Of a stretch of DNA of 64,000 nucleotides, positions 22,358 through 35,156 are shown piece after piece. A program made the position numbers and the translations under genes. The notes beneath the pieces were generated by a model. That model made no database searches and was not told the origin of the DNA. It saw only the letters and a list, made by a program, of their open reading frames with translations. This DNA comes from Rebecca billardiae RCC1528. Lineage: Eukaryota > Protista > Haptophyta. Within the stretch, counting starts at the first letter, position 1; the number at the start of each line of letters is the position of its first letter. The DNA is taken from assembly GCA_965240325.2 (NCBI GenBank), contig OZ251225.1:1116001-1180000 (forward strand). The letters are read 5' to 3'.

Positions 22358-23699
22358 ATGTATGGGGACTCGCAGCCCCCCCCGCGCGGTGGGGGGGTGC
22401 TGATTCGTGAGGTCTGGGCCGACAACGGTACGCAACGCGAACTGCAGCCTCGCTCAGCCGCGCGCGTCCGTGTGTCTGCGCGCGCGTTTCCACCGTGCTA
22501 ACCCGCGCGCGCTCTGTGCTCGGGTGCTCCTGCCGTGGCGTCGCGATTGGTGCAGTCGATGAAGAGATGGGCTACATCCGTGAGATCGTCGACCGCTACC
22601 CGTACATGGCCATGGTGCGCGCCGCGTGCGCCGTGCCATCGCCGCCGCGCGGCCGGCTTTTCCGTGTGTTCCGCGCCCCTGATGCCCGATGTGGCGGCGC
22701 TGCGCCCGGCGTTGCCACGCCAGGACACCGAGTTCCCCGGCTGCGTCGCGCGACCGATCGGCTCGTTCCGCAACCGCACCGAGCACAACTACCAGAACAT
22801 CCGGTGCAACGTCGACCTGCTCAACATCATCCAGCTCGGCATCACGTTCAGCGACGGCGACGGCAACCTGGCGCCTGGCTGCAGCACGTGGCAGTTCAAC
22901 TTCAAGTTCTCGCTGACGGACGACCTGTACGCGCAGGACTCGATCGATCTGCTGACGCAGGCCGGCATCGACTTCAAGAAGCACGAGGAGCACGGCATCA
23001 GCCCCGTCTACTTCGCCGAGCTGCTGATGGTCTCGGGCGTGGTGCTGTGCGACGACAAGCGGTGGATCTCCTTCCACTCGGGGTACGACTTTGGCTATCT
23101 GCTCAAGATACTCACGTGCAAGCCGCTGCCCGAGACGGAGTCGGAGTTCTTCGAGCAGCTGCGCGTGTACTTCCCGGCGATCTACGACATTAAGTTCATC
23201 GCGAGCTCGTGCGACAACCTGAAGGGTGGGCTGAACAAGCTTGCCGAGCTGCTCGAGGTGCGCGCACGCGGCGTGCGCGCACGTGGCACGCGCTGCCCGG
23301 GGCTCGGTCGAGCGCCGCAGGCGCGCGTTCACACCCGGCCCGGCCCCGCGTGCGCCCTCCCCGCGCGCGCAGGTGCCGCGCATCGGCCCCGAGCACCAGG
23401 CGGGCAGCGACAGCCTGCTCACCCAGGCCGCCTTCTTCAAGCTGCGCAGCGCCTACTTTGATGACTACCTCGACGACGACCAGTACATCGGCGTGCTGTG
23501 GGGCCTCAACTCGGGCGTGAGCAGCTCGGCGCCACACGCGAGCTTCTCGTACGGCGGCAGCCCACATCCGAGCGTGAGCATGCCGCACGGGCTGGGGAAC
23601 CACAACGGCGCGCACAACGGCGGCACGCCCCTCGCGATGCCCGCCAGCCTCTCACAACCCGAATTCGACCCGGCAGTGGCGATCGGCGTGCAGCAGTAG
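22358..23699 (+). CDS. CAF1: CCR4-associated factor 1 deadenylase (CNOT7/8); exons 22358-22427, 22556-22614, 22724-23257, 23373-23699
   Basis: Motifs IREVWADN, AMDTEFPG, NVDLLNIIQLG, WQFNF, FHSGYDFGYL and HQAGSDSLLT (DEDD nuclease); three GT-AG introns restore the frame. Confidence 0.96.
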
Positions 23700-25573
23700 G
23701 GCTAGGCAGCGCCGCGCTGCGTTGGGCGCGCGGCGCTGGCGTTCGGTCCAGGCAGGCGGCAGGGGGCTCGCGCCGCTCGCTGGCCATGGGTGCACGGACC
23801 GCCACCTGTTCAGCACCGGCAGAGCCCCTGACACTGCGAGGCCGACTCCGAGTTAGTCTTCAATGGCACGCCCAGGCCTGCGCCGCTGCCGGGCCGCCTG
23901 CGCCTGCGGCCCCGGCCGCTTGCGAGCTTATTATTTTTAAATATTAATACGACTCGCCGACCAGGTCCAGGAGGCGGCAGGAGGCTGGCGGAGGCCGGAG
24001 CGCAGCTTGGCGACGTTAATTAATAATAATAATGCAATAAGCTATATTGTATATATATATATTAACGACGTGGTATATGCAACGGGCAGGCGTCAGAGTC
24101 AGCAAGCTCGACCTGCACTGCGGTGCCAGCGGATGAAGCGGCAAGCCCGGCGGGCGCATACATACGCGCAGGCGTCCGCCCTCCACGCGCGAGCGCGCGA
24201 CTGCGTGTTCCACGAGCTGCAGCAGGCGGCCGCGGGCTGGTCGGCGGCCGGCGAGGTCGGCGGAGTGCCGCCCGGCCCGCGTTCTCGCTTGGGCGCGGGC
24301 CACACTCTCACTCATAGCGCGAGGCGTGGTGCTGCGGACGGGCCGGTCATTGCAACGCGCACTCCGTGCCCAGACGTGCACACGCGCGCGCGTCGTCAGC
24401 CCCGCCGCTGCGCCCCTGTGGCGCCCATGGCCGAGCGTCGGAATTCCGAGCTCGGGCAACCGGCCCGGCAGCGTGCCATCATGCGTTTCAGAAACAGGTT
24501 TCCAGCCCTTGGAAGTTGACGCGCAGCGCCAACCCATATATACTCGAACTACTAACTCATTGGCGTCGGCATGATTTCATCAGCTACGCTCACTACTAGT
24601 ACTATACGCATCAATCAATAAGCCATCATCATCAGACTATCGTCACAGTAGTATCAGAGCAGACATATATAGCTATCGTCGTCAGTCGCCGTCATCGGTC
24701 GTCAATTCGTCATCGTCGATCCGGACCGTCTCGAGTCGTGACTCGCGTCAGCAGGTTACGCCGAGTGACTACGCGACCATATATTATCACGATCACTGCC
24801 GTGATTATGACGGGCACGCCGTGGTAGTAACGGCTACTGTACTTACGCTACTACTACTAGCTAATAAGCTAATAACTGTATAACGCGCCGCGGATCACCG
24901 AGCCTCGGACCGAGCCCCCGGATCAGGCCGGCCCGATCACTGACGTCGCCGTCGGGCATCCGCCTCAGAGTCCCAGAGGCCGGCCAGCGCGCGGCTCATC
25001 CGATCAGCAGGCCGCCACCGCCGCACGAGTTCGGCACTGCTGCCCGCACTCCGACGCGGGGCACGGGCTAGACTGATGAGGATACAATGCCCTGATTATG
25101 ACACTGTGACTCAGTCACTCAGTGGCAGGCACCAAGCAGTTGTCAGTTGAGGCCGAGGGACAAGTTGAAGTGCGTTCGACGCGAGTTGCCGGCATCGGCG
25201 GCGCGACCGCCCAGGACTCGGACCGCGGGCGGGGCCGCGCGGGCCCGAGGACCGCCGCCCGCCGGACCGCAGCTAGGACCCGAGACCGAGTGAAGCCGCG
25301 CCGGCGCGCCGGGAACGATCCCATTCCCGGGACCCATCCGCCCGAGCGCCGGCCCCGTCCGGTCCGCGGTACTTGCTGGCGTGTGCGGCCTCGGGCCTGT
25401 TGCTGTGCGGTGTGCCTACTGTGCCCGCTGTGGAAAGATTGACGCGCGACGTATATTGAGCTGTGTGGTGGTCGGCGACAGACACGGAGCCGGAGGTGTT
25501 TCTTTCAAGGTGTTGATGGCAGCAGGCCTGTGCCGGACTGATTTGGCCTCGGCCTCCGCCTCACTCTCTCAGG

Positions 25574-26460
25574 TCACTTCCGCGGCGCGACCTCGGCGAA
25601 CGGCACTCGCCTGTTCTTCCACTTGAGCAGCGCATTGATGTCCGTTGTGACGACCTGAATGTACGAGCCCATCACCAGGTTACCACGCGCGATGCCGAGA
25701 TGGGTGCGCGCCTGGCGCCATGGCCGCCCGCCGCGGAGCAGGCACGCGCGGAGAGTGAGCGCGCGGGCGAGCCCCTCACACTCGCGCGCGCGCGCGCTCC
25801 GGTCGCTTCCCCCTTCCGCGCCCCGCCGCCGACCGGCGCGCCGGTGCGCTGCGCACCTTGTCCACAAGGGGCCGATCTCCGAGCGAGCGTGCCAGCTCGT
25901 AGAAGCGCTCAAAGTAGTGCACAGCACTGCGCGCATCGCCCTGCTTGTTGTGGATGATGCCCAGGCTGTTGCACGCCTCTGCCTGCGAGCGAACCTGCCC
26001 CGTGCCCTGCGCCAGGTCGATGAACTGCTCCAGGTGCGTCACCGCGCTCGTCGTGTCGCCCGTCTGCTGGTACGCGCTCGCGAGCGCAAAGGCTGCGGCC
26101 CCTTGCCCCTCCGCATCCCCCGTCTCGCGGCACAGCTCCAGGTACTGCTTGTAGTGGTCGATGGCCTGGCTCGAGTCACGCACGTGCTCGAGGCACTGGC
26201 CGAGGAAGTAGTGCGCCGAGCCGATCAGCCGCCTGTCCTGGCTCTCGACCGCGCTCACCACGCACTTCTCGTGGAAGATGAGCGCCTGCGGGTAGTCCTC
26301 ACGCGCCTCACACTCTCGCGCCTGCGCCAGGTAGGCCTGCGCGCGCGCGTGCGCGTGCGCGGCCGCGTGTGGGGCGGGCGTGGTCGCGCGGAGGCGTCAG
26401 TGAGCGGATCGGCGCGCGTCGTCACGCACGGAGCTGTGCACAGAGCAGGCGAGCTCTGCG

Positions 26461-26500
<40 letters not shown>

Positions 26501-27143
26501 ACCGACCAAGCCGCACTCGCGCTCCCACGCACACGCACGCACACACCTGCACGAGATCGCGATTTGCCTGCATCCCAATGGAGGCGGCCTCGTGGTCGGC
26601 CTCAGGCGGCTCGGCCTTGGCGAGCTGATGCGCGCGCTCGTAGAATTTGATCGACTCGGCTACGTTACCCAGCTTCTCGTGCGCCACGCCAAGCTCGCGC
26701 CCGGCGATCAGCTCGCCCTCCGCGTCACCCACGAGCTTTGCAATCTCGAGGCATTTCTCGCGGAAGTAGATGGACGTGCGATGGTCCTCCGAGTCGGCAA
26801 AGAGCTCGGAGAGGCGCTGGTACGAGGTGTACACCTCCTTCGTCTGACCCTGACGCCTCGCGCGCTCGGCCTGCGTCAGGCTCTGCTTCACAAACTCCAG
26901 CTGCTCCGGCTCCAGCACGAGGTGATCGTCCTCGCGCTCACCATCAGCCTCGAGCGCCGCTTCCGCCTTGTGCGTGAGGTAGAAAAAGTCAACGAATGAC
27001 TGCACGTGGCCACTGGTCAGGATATCCAGACAGAGCGAATGCTTGTCGCTCGGCGGCGCCGCCGCGGCCACCTCCGGCTCAGCTGCCCGCTGGCCCCGGT
27101 CCTGCGCGGCCTTCGTCTGCAAAGCCGCGAGGGGGTCCGCCAT
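25574..27143 (-). CDS. TTC29: TPR protein TTC29-like (axonemal dynein-associated); exons 27143-26547, 26336-25857, 25711-25574
   Basis: Multiple TPRs, N-terminal GHVQSFVDFFYL and C-terminal ALLKWKNRR segments resembling TTC29; two phase-0 introns. Confidence 0.8.
26464..26500. repeat. C37 homopolymer (G37 in the TTC29 intron RNA)
   Basis: Seen directly in the sequence. Confidence 0.9.
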
Positions 27144-27381
27144 GGCTGGCGAAAGCAAAGGCTGTGGTAACGGCCCCCCCCCGGCCCGGAACCAGCCGCT
27201 TTTTGGGAAGTCGTGCAGCAGTGGTCCTGCGCTGGCTGGTACTCTCCGCCATCGCACTCGCTTCACGCGAGGGCTGTGCCCGCCGAGTAACGATGGCGGC
27301 GCAGTCCGGAGGAGAGTACCAAAGGAAACTACAAGGCTGCACCTGTCCAGCCTCCAGGCGTGACGCTCACTGACTACAGTC

Positions 27382-27426
27382 TACAGTTTACTAAGAATAA
27401 GAGACGCACACAGCTCAGGCAGGCGA
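27382..27426 (+). mobile_element. Solo TIR of the Tc1/mariner-like MITE family
   Basis: TA followed by an exact copy of the 43-bp TIR. Confidence 0.8.
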
Positions 27427-27521
27427 CAGTAACACTAACTGTAACAGTTGTAGTCGGACACTCCGCGGACAGTCCGCAGGACTCGCCGATGAACTCCCGG
27501 GATCACGACGCCGGACGATGA

Positions 27522-28388
27522 TCAGCCATTGGTCTGCCGACGAGGCTGCAGAATTGTCAGGCCGTCGCGTATGGGCAGCATCGTCACGTGCAGACGCTCG
27601 TCTCGGAGCACGTGCTCGTTGAACGCGGCTATCGCGGCGGTCGTCCCGTCGTGCCGCGTGGCCGGCCTGAGCACCCGCGAGTACCACAGCGTGTTGTCCA
27701 CCACGATCGAGCCCGCCTCTGTGATGAGCGGCGGGCTCGCTTGCGACCCGAGCAGCATGTCGACGTACGCGATCTGCGACTCCTTGTCCGCATCGATGAA
27801 GCAGAGGTCGAACGGCGCGGCGCGCGCGGAGGCGAGCTCTCGCAGCCCGGTCAGTGCGGACTGTTTGCGGAGCTCGATGCGGCTGCCGCACGGGCTCTCG
27901 GCGATGGCTGCGCGGCAGATCGGCTCTGCCGCCGGCTCGTCTGAGAAGTCGTCCAGGCACACCACTCGTCCACCTGGAGGCAGCGCCTCGGCCATCGCGA
28001 TTGCCGTGTAGCCCGTGTAGGTGCCAATCTCGAGCACACGCGTCGCGCGGGACGCCCGGATGAGGGACTGCAGGAGGTGCGCGGACAGCGGGCTGCTTAG
28101 CATCTGCGGTAGCTCGAGGTGCTGCCTCGTGCGCGCGGCCACGTCCTCGAGCGTCGAGCTCAGCGGCGAGGAGTGAGTCGCGCAGTAGCGGTGGCGCGCC
28201 GTGCCAAGAGCCGTGCCTTCGTACTCGTCCACCGCGACATCACGGACAACTTCGGGATCGGATGCCGCATCGATAGACGTGTATGATGACCTGAGGCGAG
28301 CCTGTGCTCGCTGCCAAGCAAAGAGCGCGAGAGAGGCCGCGCCTGCGATCGCGATGGTGGCCTTCGAGGAGGGCGCCAGCATTGCCAT
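27522..28388 (-). CDS. Class I cation-dependent O-methyltransferase (CCoAOMT/COMTD1-like) with an N-terminal hydrophobic anchor
   Basis: Motifs VLEIGTYTGY, FDLCFIDADK, IVVDNTLW and MLPIRDGLT; hydrophobic segment IAIAGAASLALFAW near the start. Confidence 0.92.
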   Translation of the reverse strand: MAMLAPSSKATIAIAGAASLALFAWQRAQARLRSSYTSIDAASDPEVVRDVAVDEYEGTALGTARHRYCATHSSPLSSTLEDVAARTRQHLELPQMLSSPLSAHLLQSLIRASRATRVLEIGTYTGYTAIAMAEALPPGGRVVCLDDFSDEPAAEPICRAAIAESPCGSRIELRKQSALTGLRELASARAAPFDLCFIDADKESQIAYVDMLLGSQASPPLITEAGSIVVDNTLWYSRVLRPATRHDGTTAAIAAFNEHVLRDERLHVTMLPIRDGLTILQPRRQTNG

Positions 28389-28484
28389 CGTCGCTGGTGC
28401 TGCCGGCGCGGAGGGAGGCCGGCCTTCTCGGAGTGCTTGGAGTGAGTGGCTTGATGCGCACGCAGTATTGTACGTACCCACTCT

Positions 28485-28497
28485 CCAATCTGATTGG
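28485..28497. promoter_or_regulatory. Palindromic double CCAAT box in the OMT/MYB divergent promoter
   Basis: CCAATC-T-GATTGG is a perfect inverted repeat between the start codons at 28388 (-) and 28725 (+). Confidence 0.5.
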
Positions 28498-28724
28498 CCC
28501 TCGCGTCGTAACTGTACAGTATGCGTGCGGGTACCCCGCTAGTAGCTGCACATACCATCTTGACGATGATGATTCGAGGTTGCGATGAACAAGTTGACTT
28601 TTGAGGCTTTCCTGGGTTGATCCAGAGCGACGCGAGGCCGCCCACCACACCGGCTTACCCACCAAGGCCGAACTGGGAAGCCGGGGGCAGCCGCAGGGTG
28701 GGCGTCCGGCTCTCAGGCGGCGGC

Positions 28725-31634
28725 ATGTCATCGACGAAGGGGTGGACGCCGGAGGAGGATGCGCTCATCGTCTCGCTGGTGAACCAGCACGGCATTAAGA
28801 AGTGGTCCGTGGTCGCGGCCGAGCTGCCTGGGCGCAACGGCAAGCAGGTGCGCGCTCTGCGCGCGCGTCCAGCCGTGGAGCCGGCACCTCCTGGCGTGCT
28901 GCGGCTGGTCCGAGCGCTCGGCGCGCGCTCGCTCGCGCCCGCGCGCGCGGATTCTCCTGGCTGTATCGTGCCTGACCTTCCGCCGCGGGCGCGCGCCCGC
29001 CCCCCTGTCCGCTGCACCCGCAGTGCCGCGAGCGGTGGCACAATCAGCTGGATCCAAACATCAAGCGCGGCCAGTGGACGTTCGAGGAGGACCAGATCCT
29101 GCTCAACGCGCACCGCGAGTACGGCTCGAAGTGGTCCGTCATCGCCAAGTTCCTCCCCGGCCGCACCGATAACTCGATCAAGAACCGCTGGAACTCGGCG
29201 CTGCGGCGCGAGCTGCGCAAGATGAACCGCGCGGCCGAGGACGCAGAGATGGAGCAGATGAAGGCGGGCAGCGAGGCGACGCCCGAGTCGGTGGCGCGCG
29301 CCGCCGTCTCCGCCGTCGCGATCCCTTCCCTCGCCACCGTCGCCGCGAGCGGGCTGGGCATCGCCGCGAGCGCCGGCGGGGCGCTCGGTGTGCCCGCGCT
29401 CACGGGCGCGGGCGCGGGCGCAGGCGCGGACTCGGAGGCCGCCGACGCGGCCGCGGGCGAGGGCGCGCCCGCCGCGGCGCGGCCGTTCGAGCTCTCCGGC
29501 GACGAGGCGTCGGGTCTGCGCTCCGCGCTCCTCGCCATCGGCAACCCCACCGACGACTCCGAGGAGTCGATCCAGAAGCGCGCCCTGCGCGAGCAGCTGA
29601 TCACGCAGCTGCGCGCGCTCAACCAGGCGTGGGAGGAGACTGGCTCGACGCCCTCCGCCAACCACATACAGGTGCGGCCGGGCGTGGACGGGGGAAGGGC
29701 GGCGTGGATGGCTCGCCTGGGCGCGCGCCGCGCGGGCGCGGGCGCGCGCGCGCGCCGGGGCCTCCCCCCGCGCGCGTGGCGCCGGATGCGCCGTGCGCGC
29801 GCGCGCCTCGCCGCGCCGTGCGCCGTGCGCGGCGGCGGCACGCGGCTGCGCGCGCTCGCTCGTGCGATCTGCTGACGCGCCGGCCGTCCGATGCGCCCGG
29901 CCGCGCGGCGCAGGAGCTGGGGAAGCAGGTGAGCCGGCTGCAGGACTTCTGCCGCGACCTCGTCGGCTCGTCGCTCACGCGGCAGCAGCTCGAGATCGCC
30001 TCGGGCGTCGTGCCGAAGCGGCGGCAGTGCATGGCGCGAGGGCGTCGCCGCATGCAGCGCGAGCTGCGCGCGCAGGGGCGGCACGGCTCGGAGGGCGGAC
30101 GAGCGCCGCCGAAGCGCGCGCGGCGCGCGAGCGGGGGCAGCGTGTCCGACGCGGACGCGCGCCCCTCGGCGGACGAAGACGACGACGGCGACAGCGCGCT
30201 CGACGCGGCCGACCTCACAGACAGCAGCAGCGTCGCCCCCTCGCCGCCCGCCGCGGCCGCGGCCACCCAGCATGCCCGCTCGGCCGCCGAGGTCGCACCC
30301 GCCCACAAGGCGGGGACAAGCGCAGGTGCCGCAGCGCTCCCGCCCGTGCTCGGCTCCAAGTCCAGACGCTCGCAGCCGGGAGGGCGCGCCGCTGCCAAGC
30401 GCACGGCGAGCGCCGCCGCCGCTGCCGCCGACGCGGGCGGTGCGCGCGCGCGCCTTGCCGCCACCCCCCCCGCGCCACACTGCAGCCGCGCGCGCGTCGC
30501 GTCAGCCGCGCTCGCGCCGCGCGCCGCCGCGCCCGACCCCCCACGCGCGCCTCCCCTCGCCGCCCCCTCTTCCTCGGCGCAGAGCTGCCGCCCACGCTCC
30601 CCGGGGACCCCGACCTCTCCGCGCGGCTGCTCGGGTTTGGCAGCACGCCGGTGCTCACGCCCGGCGGCACCTCGCTGGCCTTCGACGTGGAGGAGATCCT
30701 GCAGCTCACGTCGGCGTCGCTCGCGGACGTGCTCGCCTCGCCGCGCGGCGCGCCGCTCGTGACGCTCTCGCCGGCGCACGGCCTGAGCTTCATCCTGCCC
30801 ACGCCGCGCGACGGCGCCGGCGCGGCCTCGAGCCTCCCCGCAGCGCCTCCCGCCGCGACCTCTGCGCTTGCAATGCGCACGGCGCAGCACGGCACCGGTG
30901 TGCCCAGCGGCCTGATGGGCGCGCCCGCCAGCGGGTCTGGGCTGCCGACGTCTGCAATCGGTGAGCTGCCCAGCCCGCGCACCGCCGCCGCGGCGTTTGG
31001 CGGCTCCGATGGGACGCCCTCACGGCTGCTGCAGCTGCCGCGCCGCTCGCCGCGCGGGCACACGCTGGCTGCGTGGCCAGGCTCAGCGTCGGCCTCCGAG
31101 CAGCAGCAGCCGCGCACACCATCCTTCTCCCCGGAGGTTGTGAGCTCACTCAACCTGGTCGTGCCATCGCCGTTGCCGCGGCGCGAGCGCGGCGTGGGCG
31201 CGGGCGGTGCCGCGACCATGCTGCCGCCGCGCTCGCTCGCGCCCACCGCCGGCTCATCGCCGGGCGCGTCGGCGCCCGCTCTGGCGCCGAGCGCCGAGCG
31301 CAGGCCCTCGGGCCTGAGCAGCCGCAGGCGGCCGGTCGGGGCCACCAACCTGCACATAGCCTTTGCGGCCGGCGAGCGGCCTGTGCTGCCTCCCAGCAGT
31401 GGCGGCACCGGCGGCCCGGCGCAGCCGCCGCCGCGCGCTGCGGCAGACGCTGACCTCGCGACGCTCGACCCGAGCGCAGTCGTGTGGCCCGGTGGCGGCG
31501 GCGGCTCGGGCTCGGCCGGTGGCTCGGCTGGCTCGGCAGCCGTGCCCTCGCCCCTGCACGGCGACCCTCTCGCCAAGGCCATCGTCAACGACGTGAGCGC
31601 TTGGCTGCAGACGCCGTCCTGCCCGTCGGCATGA
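28725..31634 (+). CDS. Two-repeat (R2R3-type) MYB transcription factor; exons 28725-28847, 29024-29671, 29914-30439, 30583-31634
   Basis: Repeats WTPEED...WSVVA.ELPGRNGKQ/CRERWHNQLDP...WTFEED...KWSVIAKFLPGRTDNSIKNRW; three GT-AG introns; low-complexity S/P/A-rich tail. Confidence 0.9.
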
Positions 31635-32012
31635 CTCGTCACACCGATGCCACCCGCCAGGCGCGCCACCCCGAGTCCGCGGCGCGTTCCGACCGGCCGG
31701 CGTCGGCCGCCCGAGTCGATGCATGTACACAGTGCGCTCACACGCCAAACGGGCCGAAAGTGCTGAATGAGAGGCGTCACGATCATGGCTGCCGACGCGC
31801 GCGCTGGCCGACCGTCCTCAAGAGGCAGTGACGATCGGCGGCGCGTAGACCGCGCGGCGGACCTCCCGCGAGAAGTACTTATTCAGTACTAGATTCAATA
31901 AGATACTGGCTCAAGCACGGCCTGACTATATTAAGCTCTGATGTATATATAATATATATATATATATAGCAGTAGTGCCTCATCTCTATAATCTTCAGCG
32001 GCGCGCTGATTA

Positions 32013-32135
32013 AATATGGCGCGGGCCGTAGGTGCTAGAGGTCCGCCCCTTGTACTTGTAGTGCCCGGGAAAAAGATAAGAAAAAGAAAAAAGAAAATCG
32101 CAAGAGAAATCGCCTCGCTCACTACCGCGGGCGCT
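32013..32135 (+). mobile_element. Degenerate terminal fragment of the hairpin-ended repeat family
   Basis: Aligns to the reverse complement of about 53570-53694 (TATGGC..GGGCCGTAGGT..CCGCCCCTTGTA..GTGCCCGGGAAAAAGATAAGAAAAAG). Confidence 0.75.
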
Positions 32136-32697
32136 CACGCACCTGCCGCGCGGATTCACTTTACACGATTAAGTAGAGTAGACGTCAGCGGGTCCGACGC
32201 CGTCAAAGCCTCAACGGAGCGGGAGCCCGGGAAGAGTGTCGAGTGATTTGGCCCCGCCGGCGGAAGACCCATTGACCATTCTATTCATGCATCTATGATT
32301 TAACGACACAGGTAGGACCGGAAGCGCTCGGAATAATGCGCACTAATAATGCGATATATTTTATTTTATGGCCCGCGGTGCAGGGCGGAGCGCGTAGCGT
32401 GGAGCCCCGCCGGGGGCCCTCACTACGTTGTCAAAAAAGATCTTTTGATCAAAGAAAAGGGGACGGGGACGATTTTGAGGGCTCAGTTGGAGGGTGCCAG
32501 TTTTCGCTTTTTCGAGGGGTACATTGGCCCATTGCTCTCCATTAGCAAGACGCAATTGACGAGTAGCTATTAGAATACCGAGTATTCCACTGGTACTAGT
32601 AGGCTTAACAGCTTGAATACCGCTTATAATATAATGCTGTGAGTCGTTGCCATAGGTCTACATAGGCCACTTATACGTAGGGGGTCAGCACTCATTA

Positions 32698-34046
32698 GGG
32701 CGCCCCCGGGCTTGTCAGACAAACCCACGCTGGGCGGCCCCGCGCGGGCACGGCGCGATGGCGGCCTCACGCGGCGCGCTCGGACGCGCACCCACGGCCG
32801 CTGCGGGTGCGCGCGCGAGGTCGGCGTGGCTCAGGACACCTGTGGGCCTCAATCGCGCGCGCTCCCACCCGACCTCGCCGCCCTCGCCGCGCGCAGGGCC
32901 TTGTTACTTTCGACGGGACACGCCCACGAGGCGTGCCCGCCGCGCGAGCGCGCGCGCGCGCGTGTGCAAGAGGCCCAATTAAGACGAGCCACGGCCTCTG
33001 CTCGATGGGCCTAGGTGTTGGCGCGTCGGCGAGCCCCCGCGCGCGACGATCGTCGCGCATACTCAGCGGAGATGAGCGGTTTTGTTGCTTGTTGAGCATA
33101 TTGTTCGAACAGCTCAAATGCACATGTTACCGCATGGCACGTTCTCGGGCACCTGCTGCGTAGACAGTGCGCTCGACATGTGAGCGATCATCTGCAGGCT
33201 CGCGCACATCCCCGCCTATGGCGTGGTGTGGTCTGATGTGGAGCAGGAAGGTGTCCACTGCTGCACGAAGAAGGCCCGGTCAGGCTCGGGGCCCGCATCG
33301 GCCGTCCGCCGGCTGGGCGCGGTAGTCACAGAGAGGTCGAGACACAGTGAGCGACGAAGCAGACCGCAAGGTATCAGGAGACGCAACGGACGTGCTAGTT
33401 CAGAAGTTGATCGAAGCTCCGGATGCGTACACATCCCCGAACTGTGCGACGCGGCGTGCCGGCGGCGCCGACCGACACGCCAGGGCTGTAATGACCGAAC
33501 CGGTTGCTGGCTGTCACGCGCGTGCGTGCGGCCTGACCGACACCAGCATGGCTCAAGGCGCAGTAGTGATGTTCATCACTCTCAGGCTCACGCAGAGAAG
33601 CGAAAAAACGACCGTTGAATACCTCCACGCCGGCCCCGGTCATTGCTTGTCGGCCACGGCCGCACTGGCTGAGGAGCCGCGCGTCCCAGTCAGCAGGTCT
33701 CTGCGCGCAAATCGGGCGGCGAGGGCGTGGGACAAGGCGGCGCGATTGCTGCCATCGGGTCTTCTCGCCACCACGAGGCGCCCGCGCACGCCTGTCAAGC
33801 TCGTATGCGGCCTTGGGCGCGTTGCGCAGGCGGGCCATCGCCGCCTCGCGTCGCTAGTGAACGCCATCCGCCGTTTGCGGCTGGGCGTGGCGCCGCCCGC
33901 GCACGCGCCACGCCTATTCAGCTACTCCCGGAACACACACCTTCCTTAGACAGGTGTGTGTTCCGGGAGCCGTCTGCGCCTTCCGGACTTTTGTGGCCCC
34001 AGCGTGGGTTTGTCTGACGAGCCCCGGGCCCGCCCCCCCCCCCCCC
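32698..34046. mobile_element. Non-autonomous DNA transposon, PIF/Harbinger-like (~1.35 kb)
   Basis: About 30-bp inverted repeats (CCCGGG.CTYGTCAGACAAACCCACGCTGGG) at ~32705-32734 and ~33998-34028; GGG...CCC outer ends flanked by TTA on both sides (32695-97, 34047-49); no transposase ORF. Confidence 0.65.
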
Positions 34047-34824
34047 TTATTAAACAGCGGGGGCCTAGCGGCCTTTTCCCGGTGGGGCTGGTCGAACACA
34101 GCGCGTCTAGGACGCGACGGAGAAGCTTGCCAGGGCCGGCAGACCCGACGACGATGAGACGAGTTGGCCGTTCAGCGCTGACTAACGGTATCATCCGAGC
34201 TGCCGCGTCTTCGCGCGTCGCGTGTGCGATTTAGCCATTAGCCAGGTGCGGCAGCGTGGCTCTCCCAGTTCTGCAAGGCCCACCGAGGCGCCAGCGAGGC
34301 GCGCGTCGATGCAGTCGATGCAGTCGTCGCTGCGCACGGCCGCTCGGGCACGGCGGCACGGCAACGGCACGCACCGATCACGCCGTGCGTGCGCGCGTCG
34401 GCCATCGACGCGTGGTAGTCGTGCAGCAACTGCAGTCCGCACGTCGTGCGCGCTGCTGCCGCCGGACGCCCAGATGGCGCGCGACCGCGTCGGTCGCGGC
34501 GGCCTCGCGCGCCGCGCGCGGTTCGGCTCGACGCGCGGCGTGACCCTCGCGGCGCTCCGCGTTGCGCGCCTCGTCCACGCCGTTCAGCGTGCTCGCCAGC
34601 CGCGCTGCGCGAGGCACGCGTCGAGCGCTGCCGGCGTCTCGCAGTTTGGGTGCGAGGCCGCGGGCGCGCGCGCGCCGGGGCGCGTGGCCTCGTGCGGGTG
34701 CACGGCGAGGCGCGCCAGGTCCGTACCGTTACCGTATTGTATAGGCGGTATGAACTGGGTAAGGGGGTACCGCTAAGATCGCCGCCAGATTTGTGGGAAT
34801 CGCAACGACATCTCTATGCGGCGA

Positions 34825-34922
34825 GCGCAAAAATTAACCACATGCGCTTCGATTCCCGAGGCGTGCCCTAATTGGCGCAAAAATTAACCAAGTGCGTTCT
34901 CGATTCCCGAGGCGTGCCTAAT
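34825..34922. repeat. ~50-bp imperfect tandem duplication
   Basis: GCGCAAAAATTAACCA..TGCG..TCGATTCCCGAGGCGTGCC.TAAT occurs twice. Confidence 0.85.
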
Positions 34923-35156
34923 CAAAAAACGTTTGAGGCCCCATTGTTCGTATTCCTACTCCGGTATTACTTGGGACAGCAGTAGGTGACACCCAATTAA
35001 AGGGGGTCGGAGCTGGGTCTCCCAGGGCTTTCTCACGAATTAAAATTGTTTAAAGCTGTGTTCACCAGAATAATTAGCTCTAGGCTCTCGGCCGGCAGTG
35101 AATCACTGAATAGTAGTGAGTGATCATCGGGGCGACATCTCGCGTCACTGCTCACC

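Noticed and set aside
27522-31634. O-methyltransferase plus MYB as a biosynthetic gene cluster
   Set aside because: No scaffold-forming enzyme or transporter nearby; the neighbours are housekeeping genes.
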